Assembly (NCBI GenBank): GCA_017537565.1
Contig: JAFYKQ010000118.1
Coordinates: 69,578 to 116,365 of the forward strand
Length of the DNA stretch: 46,788 nucleotides
Direction: 5' to 3'
Source of the DNA: Flavobacteriales bacterium
Lineage (GTDB): Bacteria; Bacteroidota; Bacteroidia; Flavobacteriales; UBA1820
The notes under the pieces are model-generated. The model had not been told where the DNA came from. It saw only the letters and a program-made list of their open reading frames with translations, and made no database searches. Of this stretch, positions 1 to 10,043 are shown piece by piece (position 1 is the stretch's first letter; every line of letters begins with the position of its first letter). Both the position numbers and the translations under genes were made by a program.

Positions 1-344
1 TCTTCTATAGCAGCAAGAAGTTTTTCTGTGTTTGTAGAAGCAAGGTTAAGGTAGATGATACGTTCGATAGCGATAGCAAGACCCATTATCAAACAGATCA
101 ATACTGTTGCCATAAATCCAGCACCACCTTCGATGAATTTTTGTTTAAGAACCTGGTGGAAAGAAGCTTCTGGTGCTTCTTCAACAGCTTCTTCTACTAC
201 TGCTGGTGCTTCGGCAGCTGGTGCTTCAGCAGCAACAGAATCTTGTGCAACGGCTTCGGTTTGAGCAGCTGCTTCAGCTTCTTGAGCGTTTACTCCTAGA
301 GTAAACATCATAGCGATAGACAGAATCAAAAAGAATTTCTTCAT
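1..344 (-). CDS. MotA/TolQ/ExbB proton-channel family protein, N-terminal part (runs off window start)
   Basis: Manual translation from ATG at 344: MKKFFLILSIAMMFTLGVNAQEAEAAA...FHQVLKQKFIEGGAGFMATVLICLIMGLAIAIERIIYLNLASTNTEKLL. Signal peptide, Ala/Glu linker and FIEGG..IERIIYLN typical of Bacteroidota ExbB. Not in the ORF track. Confidence 0.88.
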   Translation of the reverse strand, partial: MKKFFLILSIAMMFTLGVNAQEAEAAAQTEAVAQDSVAAEAPAAEAPAVVEEAVEEAPEASFHQVLKQKFIEGGAGFMATVLICLIMGLAIAIERIIYLNLASTNTEKLLAAIE

Positions 345-440
345 TTTTAGTTGTATTAAATGATTTTTAATAATTATTTGAATTTTTGTTGTTTTATATT
401 TCTAGTTTTTCTTTTTCTCAACTTTTCATCAACTCTCCAC

Positions 441-602
441 CATCATCGTCTCCCTTTCTTTATCTCCTCTCCCTGCATCACCCTCTCATCTTTCAGGTCC
501 TCTATCATCATCTCCTTTCCTTTATCTTCTCCCTGCATCACCCTCTCATCTTTCAGTCCCTCTGTCATCATCTCCCTTTCTTCATCTCCCCCCCCCTGCA
601 TC
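441..602. repeat. Imperfect ~60-bp tandem repeat (~2.7 copies), pyrimidine-rich on + strand
   Basis: 481-540 and 541-600 start with identical CCCTCTCATCTTTCAG; CCCTGCATC recurs at 471, 531 and 594. Confidence 0.85.
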
Positions 603-639
603 GGCACTCTCTTCCTACTCTCCCTTCACTGCACCCCTG

Positions 640-726
640 CGGAGAAAGGGGGATTCGAACCCCCGATACAGTTTCCCGTATACACACTTTCCAGGCGTGC
701 GCCTTAAACCACTCGGCCATCTCTCC
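640..726 (-). tRNA. tRNA-Ser (GGA)
   Basis: Reverse complement GGAGAGATGGCCGAGTGGTTTAAGGCGCACGCCTGGAAAGTGTGTATACGGGAAACTGTATCGGGGGTTCGAATCCCCCTTTCTCCG: anticodon loop CTGGAAA, long variable arm, GTTCGAATC T-loop; CCA not encoded. Confidence 0.97.
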
Positions 727-825
727 TCAATAGCACGCACGATGTATATATGGTCATTTTTTGTGTACAAAATACATCACGCTTTCAGCGTGCTAAATAA
801 CGAAAAAATTTCGGTATTAGAAAAT

Positions 826-1872
826 TTATTTGCTTTTTATTGCATTTATTTCTCCCCTCAAATCTTTTACATACAATTTGCAGAACTCTTCCATAGTTCT
901 TTTACGTGGTAAAAGGTACATCATCTTGGTTATGGCAGCCTCCTTGGTCATATCTGCACCCGATATCACACCTATCTCTTTAAGTGTTTGACTCACGGCA
1001 TATTCCCCTTGTGAAACAGCACCTTTCAAGCACTGTGTAACGTTCACAATAGGTATTCCAGCATCTATTTTTTCTTTAAGTGCAGCCAAAAATTCGCCGT
1101 GTGTAGGAGCATTTCCCGCACCGTATGTAAGCAGTATAACACCCTCCAAATTTTCATATGCCAAGAGGTGTTTTACCAGTTCTATACTCATACCAGGGTA
1201 GATATGCAGCAGTAAAATCTGTGTAGAGAGGGCTGTCGTTACACCAAATTCGCTCATAGACGGCGTACGCAACATCTGATGATTAACACTCAAATGCACT
1301 CCCGAATGAGCCAACGGAGGGCAGTTTGGCGAGGCAAAAGCATTGAATTGTTCGGCATTGATTTTGGTTGAGCGATTACCTCTGTATAGTTCGTGTTGGA
1401 AATACAGACATACCTCGCGTATGAGTGGCATACCATCATCTCCCACAAGCGAAGCGAGCTCTATGGCTGTTATGAGGTTTTCTTTGGCATCGGTACGCAA
1501 GTGCCCTATCGGCAATTGAGACCCTGTAAATATCACTGGTTTTTCCAGTCCCGAAAACATAAAACTAAGTGCCGATGTCGTGTAAGCCATCGTATCTGTC
1601 CCGTGCAGCACCACAAATCCGTCATAAGAATAGTAGTTCAGCTCTATCACTCGTGCTATCTCTCTCCAGTTGGAAGGATTGATATTGGACGAATCCAGAA
1701 GTACTGGGAAAGAATAACTACTCAAATGACAGTCTATCATATTGATCTCGGGAATATGAGACATTATATTCTCAAAATCAAATGGATACAAGGCTCCGTC
1801 TTCGCCTTTTACCATACCTATCGTACCGCCCGTATATACCAGCAGTATGCGTGGTTTTTTATTTTTGCTCAT
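826..1872 (-). CDS. ansA: L-asparaginase type I
   Basis: YTGGTIGM and HGTDTMAY catalytic motifs, TGSQLP; no signal peptide. Confidence 0.93.
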   Translation of the reverse strand: MSKNKKPRILLVYTGGTIGMVKGEDGALYPFDFENIMSHIPEINMIDCHLSSYSFPVLLDSSNINPSNWREIARVIELNYYSYDGFVVLHGTDTMAYTTSALSFMFSGLEKPVIFTGSQLPIGHLRTDAKENLITAIELASLVGDDGMPLIREVCLYFQHELYRGNRSTKINAEQFNAFASPNCPPLAHSGVHLSVNHQMLRTPSMSEFGVTTALSTQILLLHIYPGMSIELVKHLLAYENLEGVILLTYGAGNAPTHGEFLAALKEKIDAGIPIVNVTQCLKGAVSQGEYAVSQTLKEIGVISGADMTKEAAITKMMYLLPRKRTMEEFCKLYVKDLRGEINAIKSK

Positions 1873-2986
1873 ATTTATATCTGTTTATAACAGGATTGGC
1901 ATACATCGCTAGGAACAGTTCACGTTTTTCCTCATCATCACCACAGGCCTTTTCCATACGAGAGATAAACTGTTCTTTAAGCTGTGGAGTATAATGTGCC
2001 GCGTGTTCTTCTACACCATTTATCATATCATAAGCCACATAATTGGTATCATACAGGTGATACATACGGTGTATCTGTGTGTCCATATAACGAGCCACCT
2101 CCTTAAATATAACATTGGCATTTGCCTGCTCCTCTATGCGAGACAAATCGAGTCTTTCTCCCACAGCTATATGTATAGCTCCTTTATATCCACGCACACC
2201 TGTCATTATAGACTCAAAGTCTTCACCCGGAGCTTTCACATATTTCTCTCCCTTACGGGCAGCAAGCAGTGCAGGCAGTTTAAGGACATCGTTTGGGTCC
2301 CACTGGTATGATATAGCCATCGGCACCAGATGCAGACTATCCAGATACTCTCTCACATCTCCCTTGCGAGCCAGGCACATCATCTTGATTACTGCCGCAT
2401 CACTACGGTCATTACCGTCCTTGCTACGGCCTTCGCGTTGAGCTATCCATACGTTATCATTCTCATCATATATAACGTGATGTATATACGACGACATGAG
2501 CATCGATGATTTGAGCATTTCTTTGGGAGACAGGCTACGGAACACCACAAAGTTTTTAAGCAATTTGGAAACCGTGCGGGTCATTTCATCTGGCGTAAGG
2601 TTATCACCCGTGGCCGTCTGTGCCAGACCTATGCCATTCTCATAAGTAGATAGATTGAGCAGTATGGGGTCCATCACTATATCGCGATGGTTTGAAAAGA
2701 ATACATAACGCTCGTCTTTACACAGAGCGTCAAATCCGCTACTGGTAAGTCCGCTGGACGTATCACGCAACACCTGTTGTACTACGGGATAAGCCACCTT
2801 CACCACAAAATCATCGGTAGAATGGCAGTCTATGAGTATATTTTTTATATCATCATCTGTAAGAGTGGGCGTGCCGTACCTCATCACCATTTTCACATAG
2901 TCTTTTTCTCCCAGATGGGATTTAAGCATTTCAAATTCCTCATTTGAGAAGGGACGCATCGCCTTGTAAATATCTTCCTGTGGCAT
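1859..2986 (-). CDS. Phospholipid/glycerol acyltransferase (PlsC-like, Bacteroidota long type)
   Basis: NHRDIVMD (HX4D) motif and WIAQREGRSKDGND motif. Confidence 0.88.
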   Translation of the reverse strand: MPQEDIYKAMRPFSNEEFEMLKSHLGEKDYVKMVMRYGTPTLTDDDIKNILIDCHSTDDFVVKVAYPVVQQVLRDTSSGLTSSGFDALCKDERYVFFSNHRDIVMDPILLNLSTYENGIGLAQTATGDNLTPDEMTRTVSKLLKNFVVFRSLSPKEMLKSSMLMSSYIHHVIYDENDNVWIAQREGRSKDGNDRSDAAVIKMMCLARKGDVREYLDSLHLVPMAISYQWDPNDVLKLPALLAARKGEKYVKAPGEDFESIMTGVRGYKGAIHIAVGERLDLSRIEEQANANVIFKEVARYMDTQIHRMYHLYDTNYVAYDMINGVEEHAAHYTPQLKEQFISRMEKACGDDEEKRELFLAMYANPVINRYKYEQK

Positions 2987-3051
2987 TTTATTTTATTTAA
3001 TTTTATATCTGTACAAATGTAACAATATATTTTGAGATAATTTCCCTGTTT

Positions 3052-4017
3052 CTAGAAATTGGAGTCTAGGCGTGGGGCTATGAAAGACTTGATGTCATTT
3101 ATGGAACTGAAATATATCACAGGAACCCCATTCCAACACTTACGATGCAGGCTTATCTTATCGTGAATATCACGCAGGAACACATATAATATACGTCCCG
3201 GAAAATTTCTTATGATAGTGCGGTAGATAAGAGGGTCCCACTGCCCGTTATCTCCCACCAGTATAAATTTCTTATCTCTCTGTGTACGCAATATGAGAGA
3301 TATGGTACGCAATTTATGTGAAGTCTTACTACGTACCGTTTTCTTTTTACGTTTTAAGAAATGGGACAGAAGTTTATTCTTACGCAAAAAACAAGCCCCC
3401 TGTGGGAATTTATGATTACGCAAGAAAGTCTCTATAACAGGGAACAGATTGGCTTCACTGTTTGACACATAGAATGTTTTGGCCCCGTACTGGGTAAGAA
3501 GACGGAAGACCTCGGGCATACTTTCTATACATTTGCGTTGGTAGGAGCGAGTAAATATGATACGTTTTATACGTGGGAAAAGTGTAGTTGCTCCCGTATG
3601 CAGTATAGTATCGTCTATATCTGATATAAGACCATATTTATACCCGCGTATGGATATGCGTTCGTGATATACATTGGGGACATAGACAGAATACCCGTGG
3701 TTTTTTATCATCAGACGCATACGCACATCGTCTATGAGAAACTCTTCGCCGTCCTCGGGTAACATCGCCACAAAATTCCCTTTATAATCTATGTTGCAAA
3801 GTGTAAAAAAACCTTTATATTTGACTTCCAACATCACATTCTTATAAAAATGTGGTGTATAGAGTTTATAAAGATTTTTAACGTGCTGGAACACAGTGTT
3901 TTCACTACCTACGCATAGCATTTCGGCTGGAGCTTGAAGGATAGTCCCCGCAAAGCGTATCTGACGTCCCAACGACAGATAGTTGAAGTACGAGAGTATA
4001 GGTATGTGTCTATTCAC
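3052..4017 (-). CDS. App1 family (DUF2183) putative phosphatidate phosphatase
   Basis: ISDIDDTI, FYVSNS and FILVGDNGQWDP motifs; GTG start. Confidence 0.85.
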   Translation of the reverse strand: MNRHIPILSYFNYLSLGRQIRFAGTILQAPAEMLCVGSENTVFQHVKNLYKLYTPHFYKNVMLEVKYKGFFTLCNIDYKGNFVAMLPEDGEEFLIDDVRMRLMIKNHGYSVYVPNVYHERISIRGYKYGLISDIDDTILHTGATTLFPRIKRIIFTRSYQRKCIESMPEVFRLLTQYGAKTFYVSNSEANLFPVIETFLRNHKFPQGACFLRKNKLLSHFLKRKKKTVRSKTSHKLRTISLILRTQRDKKFILVGDNGQWDPLIYRTIIRNFPGRILYVFLRDIHDKISLHRKCWNGVPVIYFSSINDIKSFIAPRLDSNF

Positions 4018-4056
4018 AAGTGCAAATGTTTAATTAAATGTACATTCAGTAAAGCA

Positions 4057-4947
4057 ATGAAAGTCCTTTATATAGTGAACCCCATTTCTGGTGGTAAAGA
4101 TAAAGTTTATTTTGTAAATAACATTCATGATTATTGCTATACTTACGGTATAGAATATGATTTTTTTTACACCACTGGGGGAAATGATGTTCCGCTTATA
4201 CGTCAAAAAGCCATAGACTATCGTCCAGACCGTATTTTTTCAATAGGTGGCGATGGGACATTCCGTATTATATGTTCGGCAGTCAAGGGTATGGGGATAC
4301 CTGTGGGTTATATCCCCATAGGCAGTGCCAATGGCATGGGACGCGATATGCCATCAGGTGATGGGCCTTGGGAGTGTTTTGAAATGCTTATGAGTACATA
4401 CTACACCCGTCCTATGGATATTATAGACATAAACGGTGTAGACTGCACACACGTGGCAGACGTGGGAGTCAACGCCCAACTGGTAAAGGCTTATGACCAA
4501 GACAAGGGACGCGGCATACTCACCTATGCCAAATATCTATTTGGAGCGGTAAGAGCACAGGAACGATATAAATTTGACATAACGATAGACGGTGCCAAAT
4601 ATCACCGCAAGGGCTGTATGCTCGCCATAGCCAATGGAACGTGTTACGGCACAGGTATATCCTTTAACCCAAAGGGAAGCCCATTTGACGATGTGTTTGA
4701 CATAATAGTGATAGACCGCATAAACCTTAACCTGATAGTGAGAATGGGTTGGGCTTCGTTCTATGACCAGATGAAAAACACAGATACGTTCAAGGTCTCG
4801 GGACGAGATGCACACATAGGCATATCTCGCGTTACAACACTGCAAGTAGATGGAGAGATAGGAGGACGTTTTGATAGTCTTACGGTGAAAATGCAAGACG
4901 AAAAAGTCCCCGTTCTCATGTGCCGAGCACCAAAATCACACAGATAA
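4057..4947 (+). CDS. Diacylglycerol/lipid kinase family protein (YegS/DagK-like)
   Basis: NPISGG, GGDGT, IPIGSANG and QVDGE motifs; start moved to ATG 4057 to avoid overlap with the divergent gene. Confidence 0.9.
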   Translation: MKVLYIVNPISGGKDKVYFVNNIHDYCYTYGIEYDFFYTTGGNDVPLIRQKAIDYRPDRIFSIGGDGTFRIICSAVKGMGIPVGYIPIGSANGMGRDMPSGDGPWECFEMLMSTYYTRPMDIIDINGVDCTHVADVGVNAQLVKAYDQDKGRGILTYAKYLFGAVRAQERYKFDITIDGAKYHRKGCMLAIANGTCYGTGISFNPKGSPFDDVFDIIVIDRINLNLIVRMGWASFYDQMKNTDTFKVSGRDAHIGISRVTTLQVDGEIGGRFDSLTVKMQDEKVPVLMCRAPKSHR

Positions 4948-4968
4948 ACACTTTACTTTACATATCAT

Positions 4969-5007
4969 AAAAAATACGGCAGCCTCGACGAGACTGCCGT
5001 ATTTTTT
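4969..5007. terminator. Bidirectional intrinsic terminator
   Basis: AAAAAATACGGCAG...CTGCCGTATTTTTT between convergent genes. Confidence 0.85.
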
Positions 5008-5029
5008 ATAAGAGAGTTTATTTCTATCA

Positions 5030-7069
5030 TTACCAAATGATAACTCTTTCTTCTGGTGCCATATACATAGCATCACCCTCTTTCACATCAAATGCTTCAT
5101 AGAATGTAGGAAGGTTTTTCACAGCGGCATTTACACGGTTTACACCCAGTGAGTGTGGGTCAACCTTTGTAAGGCGTAGGATTTCGGCATCGCGAATATT
5201 CTGTGCCCATAGACGTGCATATGCCAGGTAGAAACGCTGGTCTGGAGTAAATCCATCTATATTTTCTGTGTATGGGTTCTGTGCTTCGGCAGCCTTGAAT
5301 GCTGTGTATGCCACACGTAGTCCACCCTGGTCGGCTATGTTTTCACCCAGCGTAAAACGTCCATTGGCGTGAACTGTATCCAGCACCACGATAGCAGAAT
5401 ACTGGTCGGCCAAAACATCGGCACGAGACGTAAATTGTGCTGCGTCATCGGCTGTCCACCATTCGTTAAGGTTACCGTCCTTGTCAAACTGACGTCCCTG
5501 GTCATCAAATCCGTGTGTCATTTCGTGACCTATCACAACACCTATCGCACCATAGTTGATAGCGTCATCTCCTTCTGGATAGAAGAAAGGAGGCTGAAGT
5601 ATGGCAGCAGGGAAGCATATTTCATTGGTTGTAGGGTTATAGTATGCGTTCACTGTCTGTGGAGACATCAACCATTCGTCTTTATCTACTGGTTTACCTA
5701 GTTTTTCGTCCAGATTTTTCTGATAGAAGAAAGCCGAAACAGCCTTCATATTATCATATAGAGATAGTTCTGGATTTATTTCCAGTTCTGAATAATCTTC
5801 CCATTTATCTGGATAACCTATCTTAACGTGGAATGTAGACAGTTTTTCCTGCGCTTTGGCTTTGGTAGAATCACCCATCCATTCCAGTGCGTTTATGTGT
5901 TCTCCCAGCGCCACTTGCAGGTTTTTAACCAGCTGCACCATACGTTCTTTTGAAGAAGCTGGGAAGTATTTTTCTACATATATCTGTCCTACGGCCTCTG
6001 AAAGAACACCATTTACAGTACCCAACGCACGTTTCCAACGTGGTTGCTGAACTTCTGTACCAGAAAGAGTCTTACCATAGAATTCAAATGCCGCCATCTC
6101 AAAATCATCAGAAAGAGTACCTGTTGCTCCGTCCAATAGATTGAATGCCAGGTAGTCTTTGATTTCGTCCATAGAAGCACCCTTGATGACTTTATCCATA
6201 CCGTCTATGAATGGCAACTGGTCTACTACCAATTCTTTCTCGCCGTCAAATCCCATCTCGGTAAAGAACACGTCCCAATCAAATGCACTGGTACGAGCCT
6301 TGAATTCTTTTACAGTCATCTTGTTATAGTTCTTCTGTGGGTCGCGTTGCTCTTCACGAGAGAACTGTACACGCGCAAGTCCTGTCTCTATCTTCATCAC
6401 AGACTCTACTGCACGTTCTGCACGAGATAGGTCATAACCTGCCAGTGTAAATAGTTTTTTAATATACTCACGGTAAGCCTGCTGTATCTTCTGTGTAGAT
6501 TCATCATCTACCAGATAGTAATCGCGGTCACCCATATTTGTACCACCCTGATAGATGTCCAGGATATTCATAGAGCTATTTTTGGCATCGGCACCTATGT
6601 ATATACCAAAGAATGTTCCCACTCCTTCTTTATTCATAGAAACCACCATACGTGTAAGGTCTTCACGTGTAGAGATAGCGTCTATCGCTTTCAAATCTTC
6701 CAGTACAGGTGTAGCTCCCAATTCATTGCGACGAGTGCTATCCATCTTCATAGAATAAACGTCGGCTATTTTCTGTGCCACGCTACCCTTTTCGTTTTCT
6801 TGTGCAGCGATACCTTCTACCAGGTCTCTCAACTGTTCCTGTGTATCCAGACGCAACTGGTCAAAAGAACCAAAACGTGCATATTCTGCCGTAAGAGGAT
6901 TGTTCTTAATCCAACCTCCGCAGGCATATTTGTAAAAATCCTCCTGAGCCGCCACCGTAGTGTCCATATCTGTCATATCCAGACCGGCTCCCTTTTTGCT
7001 GTTGCCATCTGTGCAGGCACAGAAAGCCATCATAGCCAATGTCAAAGGCATAATAAAAGCTTTTTTCAT
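5030..7069 (-). CDS. pepO: M13 family zinc metallopeptidase (PepO/neprilysin-like), lipoprotein
   Basis: VNAYY, HEMTH, GENIAD and DPHS motifs; N-terminal lipobox-like FCAC. Confidence 0.93.
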   Translation of the reverse strand: MKKAFIMPLTLAMMAFCACTDGNSKKGAGLDMTDMDTTVAAQEDFYKYACGGWIKNNPLTAEYARFGSFDQLRLDTQEQLRDLVEGIAAQENEKGSVAQKIADVYSMKMDSTRRNELGATPVLEDLKAIDAISTREDLTRMVVSMNKEGVGTFFGIYIGADAKNSSMNILDIYQGGTNMGDRDYYLVDDESTQKIQQAYREYIKKLFTLAGYDLSRAERAVESVMKIETGLARVQFSREEQRDPQKNYNKMTVKEFKARTSAFDWDVFFTEMGFDGEKELVVDQLPFIDGMDKVIKGASMDEIKDYLAFNLLDGATGTLSDDFEMAAFEFYGKTLSGTEVQQPRWKRALGTVNGVLSEAVGQIYVEKYFPASSKERMVQLVKNLQVALGEHINALEWMGDSTKAKAQEKLSTFHVKIGYPDKWEDYSELEINPELSLYDNMKAVSAFFYQKNLDEKLGKPVDKDEWLMSPQTVNAYYNPTTNEICFPAAILQPPFFYPEGDDAINYGAIGVVIGHEMTHGFDDQGRQFDKDGNLNEWWTADDAAQFTSRADVLADQYSAIVVLDTVHANGRFTLGENIADQGGLRVAYTAFKAAEAQNPYTENIDGFTPDQRFYLAYARLWAQNIRDAEILRLTKVDPHSLGVNRVNAAVKNLPTFYEAFDVKEGDAMYMAPEERVIIW

Positions 7070-7306
7070 TTTATCTATAATTGAAATATTACTTGTATGA
7101 TTATATTTTGTTTAAGAAAGGGCAAATTTAGATATTTTTCTCTTATACAGCTCATTTTACTATTTTTTTTATCTTTTCAATGGTTATATACTCTGTTTTC
7201 TCCCTCAAAAAGAGGCTTACCTACTTTTTAATATGTTAAATTTTTTACACAATACATTTATTTACAAAGGCGTAGCAGTCCACTATTAAAATTTTTCAAT
7301 TCATAT

Positions 7307-7337
7307 TGTAACTTTTCTACAATAATCCACGTCTAAT
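7307..7337 (+). promoter_or_regulatory. Candidate ECF-sigma promoter (TGTAAC-N17-CGTC)
   Basis: TGTAAC at 7307-7312, 17-nt spacer, CGTCTAAT at 7330-7337; fits the AAC/CGT ECF consensus. Confidence 0.5.
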
Positions 7338-7441
7338 GCAGTAGAACGTTCTAATGAAAGTAATGTAATAAAAAGAAAACTTACCTTAAAAGTTAAATAA
7401 ATGTTAAATAGGGGGGGTAGATTACAAATAAAACATTACTC

Positions 7442-7449
7442 TACCTTTG
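7442..7449 (+). promoter_or_regulatory. Bacteroidota housekeeping -7 box TACCTTTG
   Basis: Matches TAnnTTTG, 27 nt before ATG 7477. Confidence 0.65.
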
Positions 7450-7476
7450 CCTCGCTTAATAAAAAAAACACATATA

Positions 7477-9864
7477 ATGAACAATAAAATTTTAGCAATA
7501 GCCATATCGCTACTGCTGTGCATAAAACTATCTGGACAGGTAGCCACATCATACACCATAGATGGGAATATCATAGATTCATCATCGAGGGAGGCTATCC
7601 CATTTGCCAATATATCCCTCACACAGAACGACAGCATTATCACAGGTGGTATAAGTGATGACAATGGACATTTCTCCATAACTGCTCCCGCTGGGAGATA
7701 TAGCCTATGCATAAGTTTCATAGGATACAAAAATCACTGTGAGCAGATAGCCTTAAACCAAGACACACATATAGGAATGATAGAATTGGGAAGGGACGCC
7801 ACTATGCTATCTGACGTTGTAATCTCCCAATCCCTCACCGAGCGTCGTGGCGACCGACTGGTGGTAAACCTGGCATCAAGTCCACTGGTGGAGGGTAAAA
7901 ACACCCGAGACATACTCAACTACACACCCGGTGTACACATAGACAATAGTGGGACGGTGAGCATTAACGGTGTGCAGAACGTACGTGTGATGATAAACGA
8001 CCGCGATGTAAAGATGAGCGGTGATGAATTACTATCATACCTGGAAAGCATAAACGCCAGCGACATACTCAAAATAGAGATAATACCTATGGCCGGTGCC
8101 GAATACGAAGCCGATAGTGCTGGTGGCGTCATACACATCACCCTTAAAAAGAAAGCCCTGGAAGGAGTAAACGCCACTGTGGGAATGAGCTACACACAGG
8201 GAGAGTATCTCGCACTTGCACCTTGGATAAAGGCAGCGTGGCGTAAGGACCGTTTAAGCATAAACGCACGTTATAACTACAACTATAACCAAAGTGTCAA
8301 TTCGCTTGAAGAATGGACAGATTACCTGCTCACTGGCACACATCACACATCTACCACACAGGTAAATGGCAAATCACAGTCCCACTATGCCACAATAGAT
8401 GCGGTATATGACCTATCTTCCCATAGTGAAGTAGGATTGGCCGTAGAGTACAACACCTCCAACACCAACAGCACAACCACCGGTAACACCATACAAGAAG
8501 GACATAGTGGCATAATGACCATACCAAACCATTTTACAGAACACGGTCCATATGATATGGTAAACCTCACAGCATACTACCGTATCAAGGTGGACACGCT
8601 GGGTTCTTACCTCAAAATAATGGCCGACTATACATCACGAGACCGTAGCAGCAGCGTACATTCGGCATCTGAATATATACAGAACGGGAACATCATAAAG
8701 TCAAACATATATGACTATCTATCTCCCACTTACATAGACCTGTATTCGCTACGTGCAGACTATGATAAAAAGACCCGTGGTAAGATTTCGTGGAGTATAG
8801 GCGGTAAATACAGCATAAGCGATATATCATCTGTGGCAGACTACCGTAGCTATGACGCTGGCAACTGGATAGAGGACGACCCTCGTGATAACACCTTTAC
8901 ATACAGGGAGAACGTGCTGGCAGGTTATGGTAAGATGAATATCTCACTGCCTCGTATGTGGGCAGCAACACTGGGTGTACGTATAGAACACACACACCTA
9001 GAGACACATTCGCTTACTATGGAGGAGAAAGATTCACAGGATTTTACAGACATTTTCCCACAGGTATCTATTATGAAATCATTTGGAGAGAAGAAAAACC
9101 ATAGTCTGTCTTTTAACTACACACGCCGTCTATCCCGCCCTTCATACAGCATATATAATCCATATATGATGCCCATAACAGAATTTTCTTCCATAGTAGG
9201 AAACCCAGACATACGCCCTTCATATATAAACCGTTATTCGCTCACAGGAGTATTGAGCGGGAAATACAGCCTCACAGCTATGTACAACAGCTCTCGCGGG
9301 GACGTGGCACAGATGGTGATGAGCGACCCTCAAAACCCAGATAAGACCATCTACCAACACGTCAATATGGGACGCTCATCTCAATGGATACTCTCGCTCT
9401 ATACTCCTGTGAAAATCACACCTTGGTATGGGATAGACCTCAATGCCACTGCTTACTATATGGAACAAGGCTATGAGGATAACACATCTTATAATGTAGC
9501 TACCAATGCTTATATCCAGAACAATTTTACCTGGGGAAAAGGGTGGAGTGCCACGATATCTGCCTGGGGAGTAACCCGCCAAAAACAAGCCAATATGGTA
9601 GTTGACCCTATGTGGGGTATGGATATAAGCGTGGTTAAAAAATGTATGGATAATCGTCTGGTTTTCTCGCTCAATGCCACAGACATTTTCAACACTATGC
9701 ACAATGTTATCTATTCCCACGGTGATGATTTTAGCAAGAAGACTATATCACGCTGGGAGTCACAGGGAGTATCACTGAGCGTGCGTTGGAACTTTATAAA
9801 CGGTAAAAAATCTAAAACCAAGACAGTAGAAAGTGGCGACAGTGAACAACGAGACCGCCTATAA
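7477..9864 (+). CDS. Outer-membrane beta-barrel / TonB-dependent receptor-like protein with N-terminal CarboxypepD_reg-like domain
   Basis: Signal peptide, G.I.D....E.IPFAN..ISFIGY domain, plug-like PGV..D..G..SING..IEII..YEAD..GGVIHI segment, barrel-like C-terminus. Start taken at ATG 7477. Confidence 0.85.
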   Translation: MNNKILAIAISLLLCIKLSGQVATSYTIDGNIIDSSSREAIPFANISLTQNDSIITGGISDDNGHFSITAPAGRYSLCISFIGYKNHCEQIALNQDTHIGMIELGRDATMLSDVVISQSLTERRGDRLVVNLASSPLVEGKNTRDILNYTPGVHIDNSGTVSINGVQNVRVMINDRDVKMSGDELLSYLESINASDILKIEIIPMAGAEYEADSAGGVIHITLKKKALEGVNATVGMSYTQGEYLALAPWIKAAWRKDRLSINARYNYNYNQSVNSLEEWTDYLLTGTHHTSTTQVNGKSQSHYATIDAVYDLSSHSEVGLAVEYNTSNTNSTTTGNTIQEGHSGIMTIPNHFTEHGPYDMVNLTAYYRIKVDTLGSYLKIMADYTSRDRSSSVHSASEYIQNGNIIKSNIYDYLSPTYIDLYSLRADYDKKTRGKISWSIGGKYSISDISSVADYRSYDAGNWIEDDPRDNTFTYRENVLAGYGKMNISLPRMWAATLGVRIEHTHLETHSLTMEEKDSQDFTDIFPQVSIMKSFGEKKNHSLSFNYTRRLSRPSYSIYNPYMMPITEFSSIVGNPDIRPSYINRYSLTGVLSGKYSLTAMYNSSRGDVAQMVMSDPQNPDKTIYQHVNMGRSSQWILSLYTPVKITPWYGIDLNATAYYMEQGYEDNTSYNVATNAYIQNNFTWGKGWSATISAWGVTRQKQANMVVDPMWGMDISVVKKCMDNRLVFSLNATDIFNTMHNVIYSHGDDFSKKTISRWESQGVSLSVRWNFINGKKSKTKTVESGDSEQRDRL

Positions 9865-9936
9865 GCCCACTGGGAGAGGTTCTGCACACATATACAGAGT
9901 TATTAAAAAAAGTTTTGATGAAAAAAGATTAAAGAG

Positions 9937-9966
9937 TTTGAAACTGAAGAAAAAGTTGTATATTTG
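9937..9966 (+). promoter_or_regulatory. Bacteroidota housekeeping promoter of rpmH (TTTG-N18-TATATTTG)
   Basis: TTTG 9937-9940 and TATATTTG 9959-9966. Confidence 0.7.
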
Positions 9967-10043
9967 CACCCGAATTAAATAGCAATCAAAGTTAAATGTC
10001 GGGAGACATCAGTTCTGCCTGCGAAAAGTAAATAAAATCAGAT

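Noticed and set aside
441-602. Possible CRISPR array
   Set aside because: Units are contiguous degenerate tandem copies without unique spacers; no cas genes.
360-733. Two 115-aa + strand ORFs
   Set aside because: Low-complexity readings antisense to tRNA-Ser and the CT-rich repeat.
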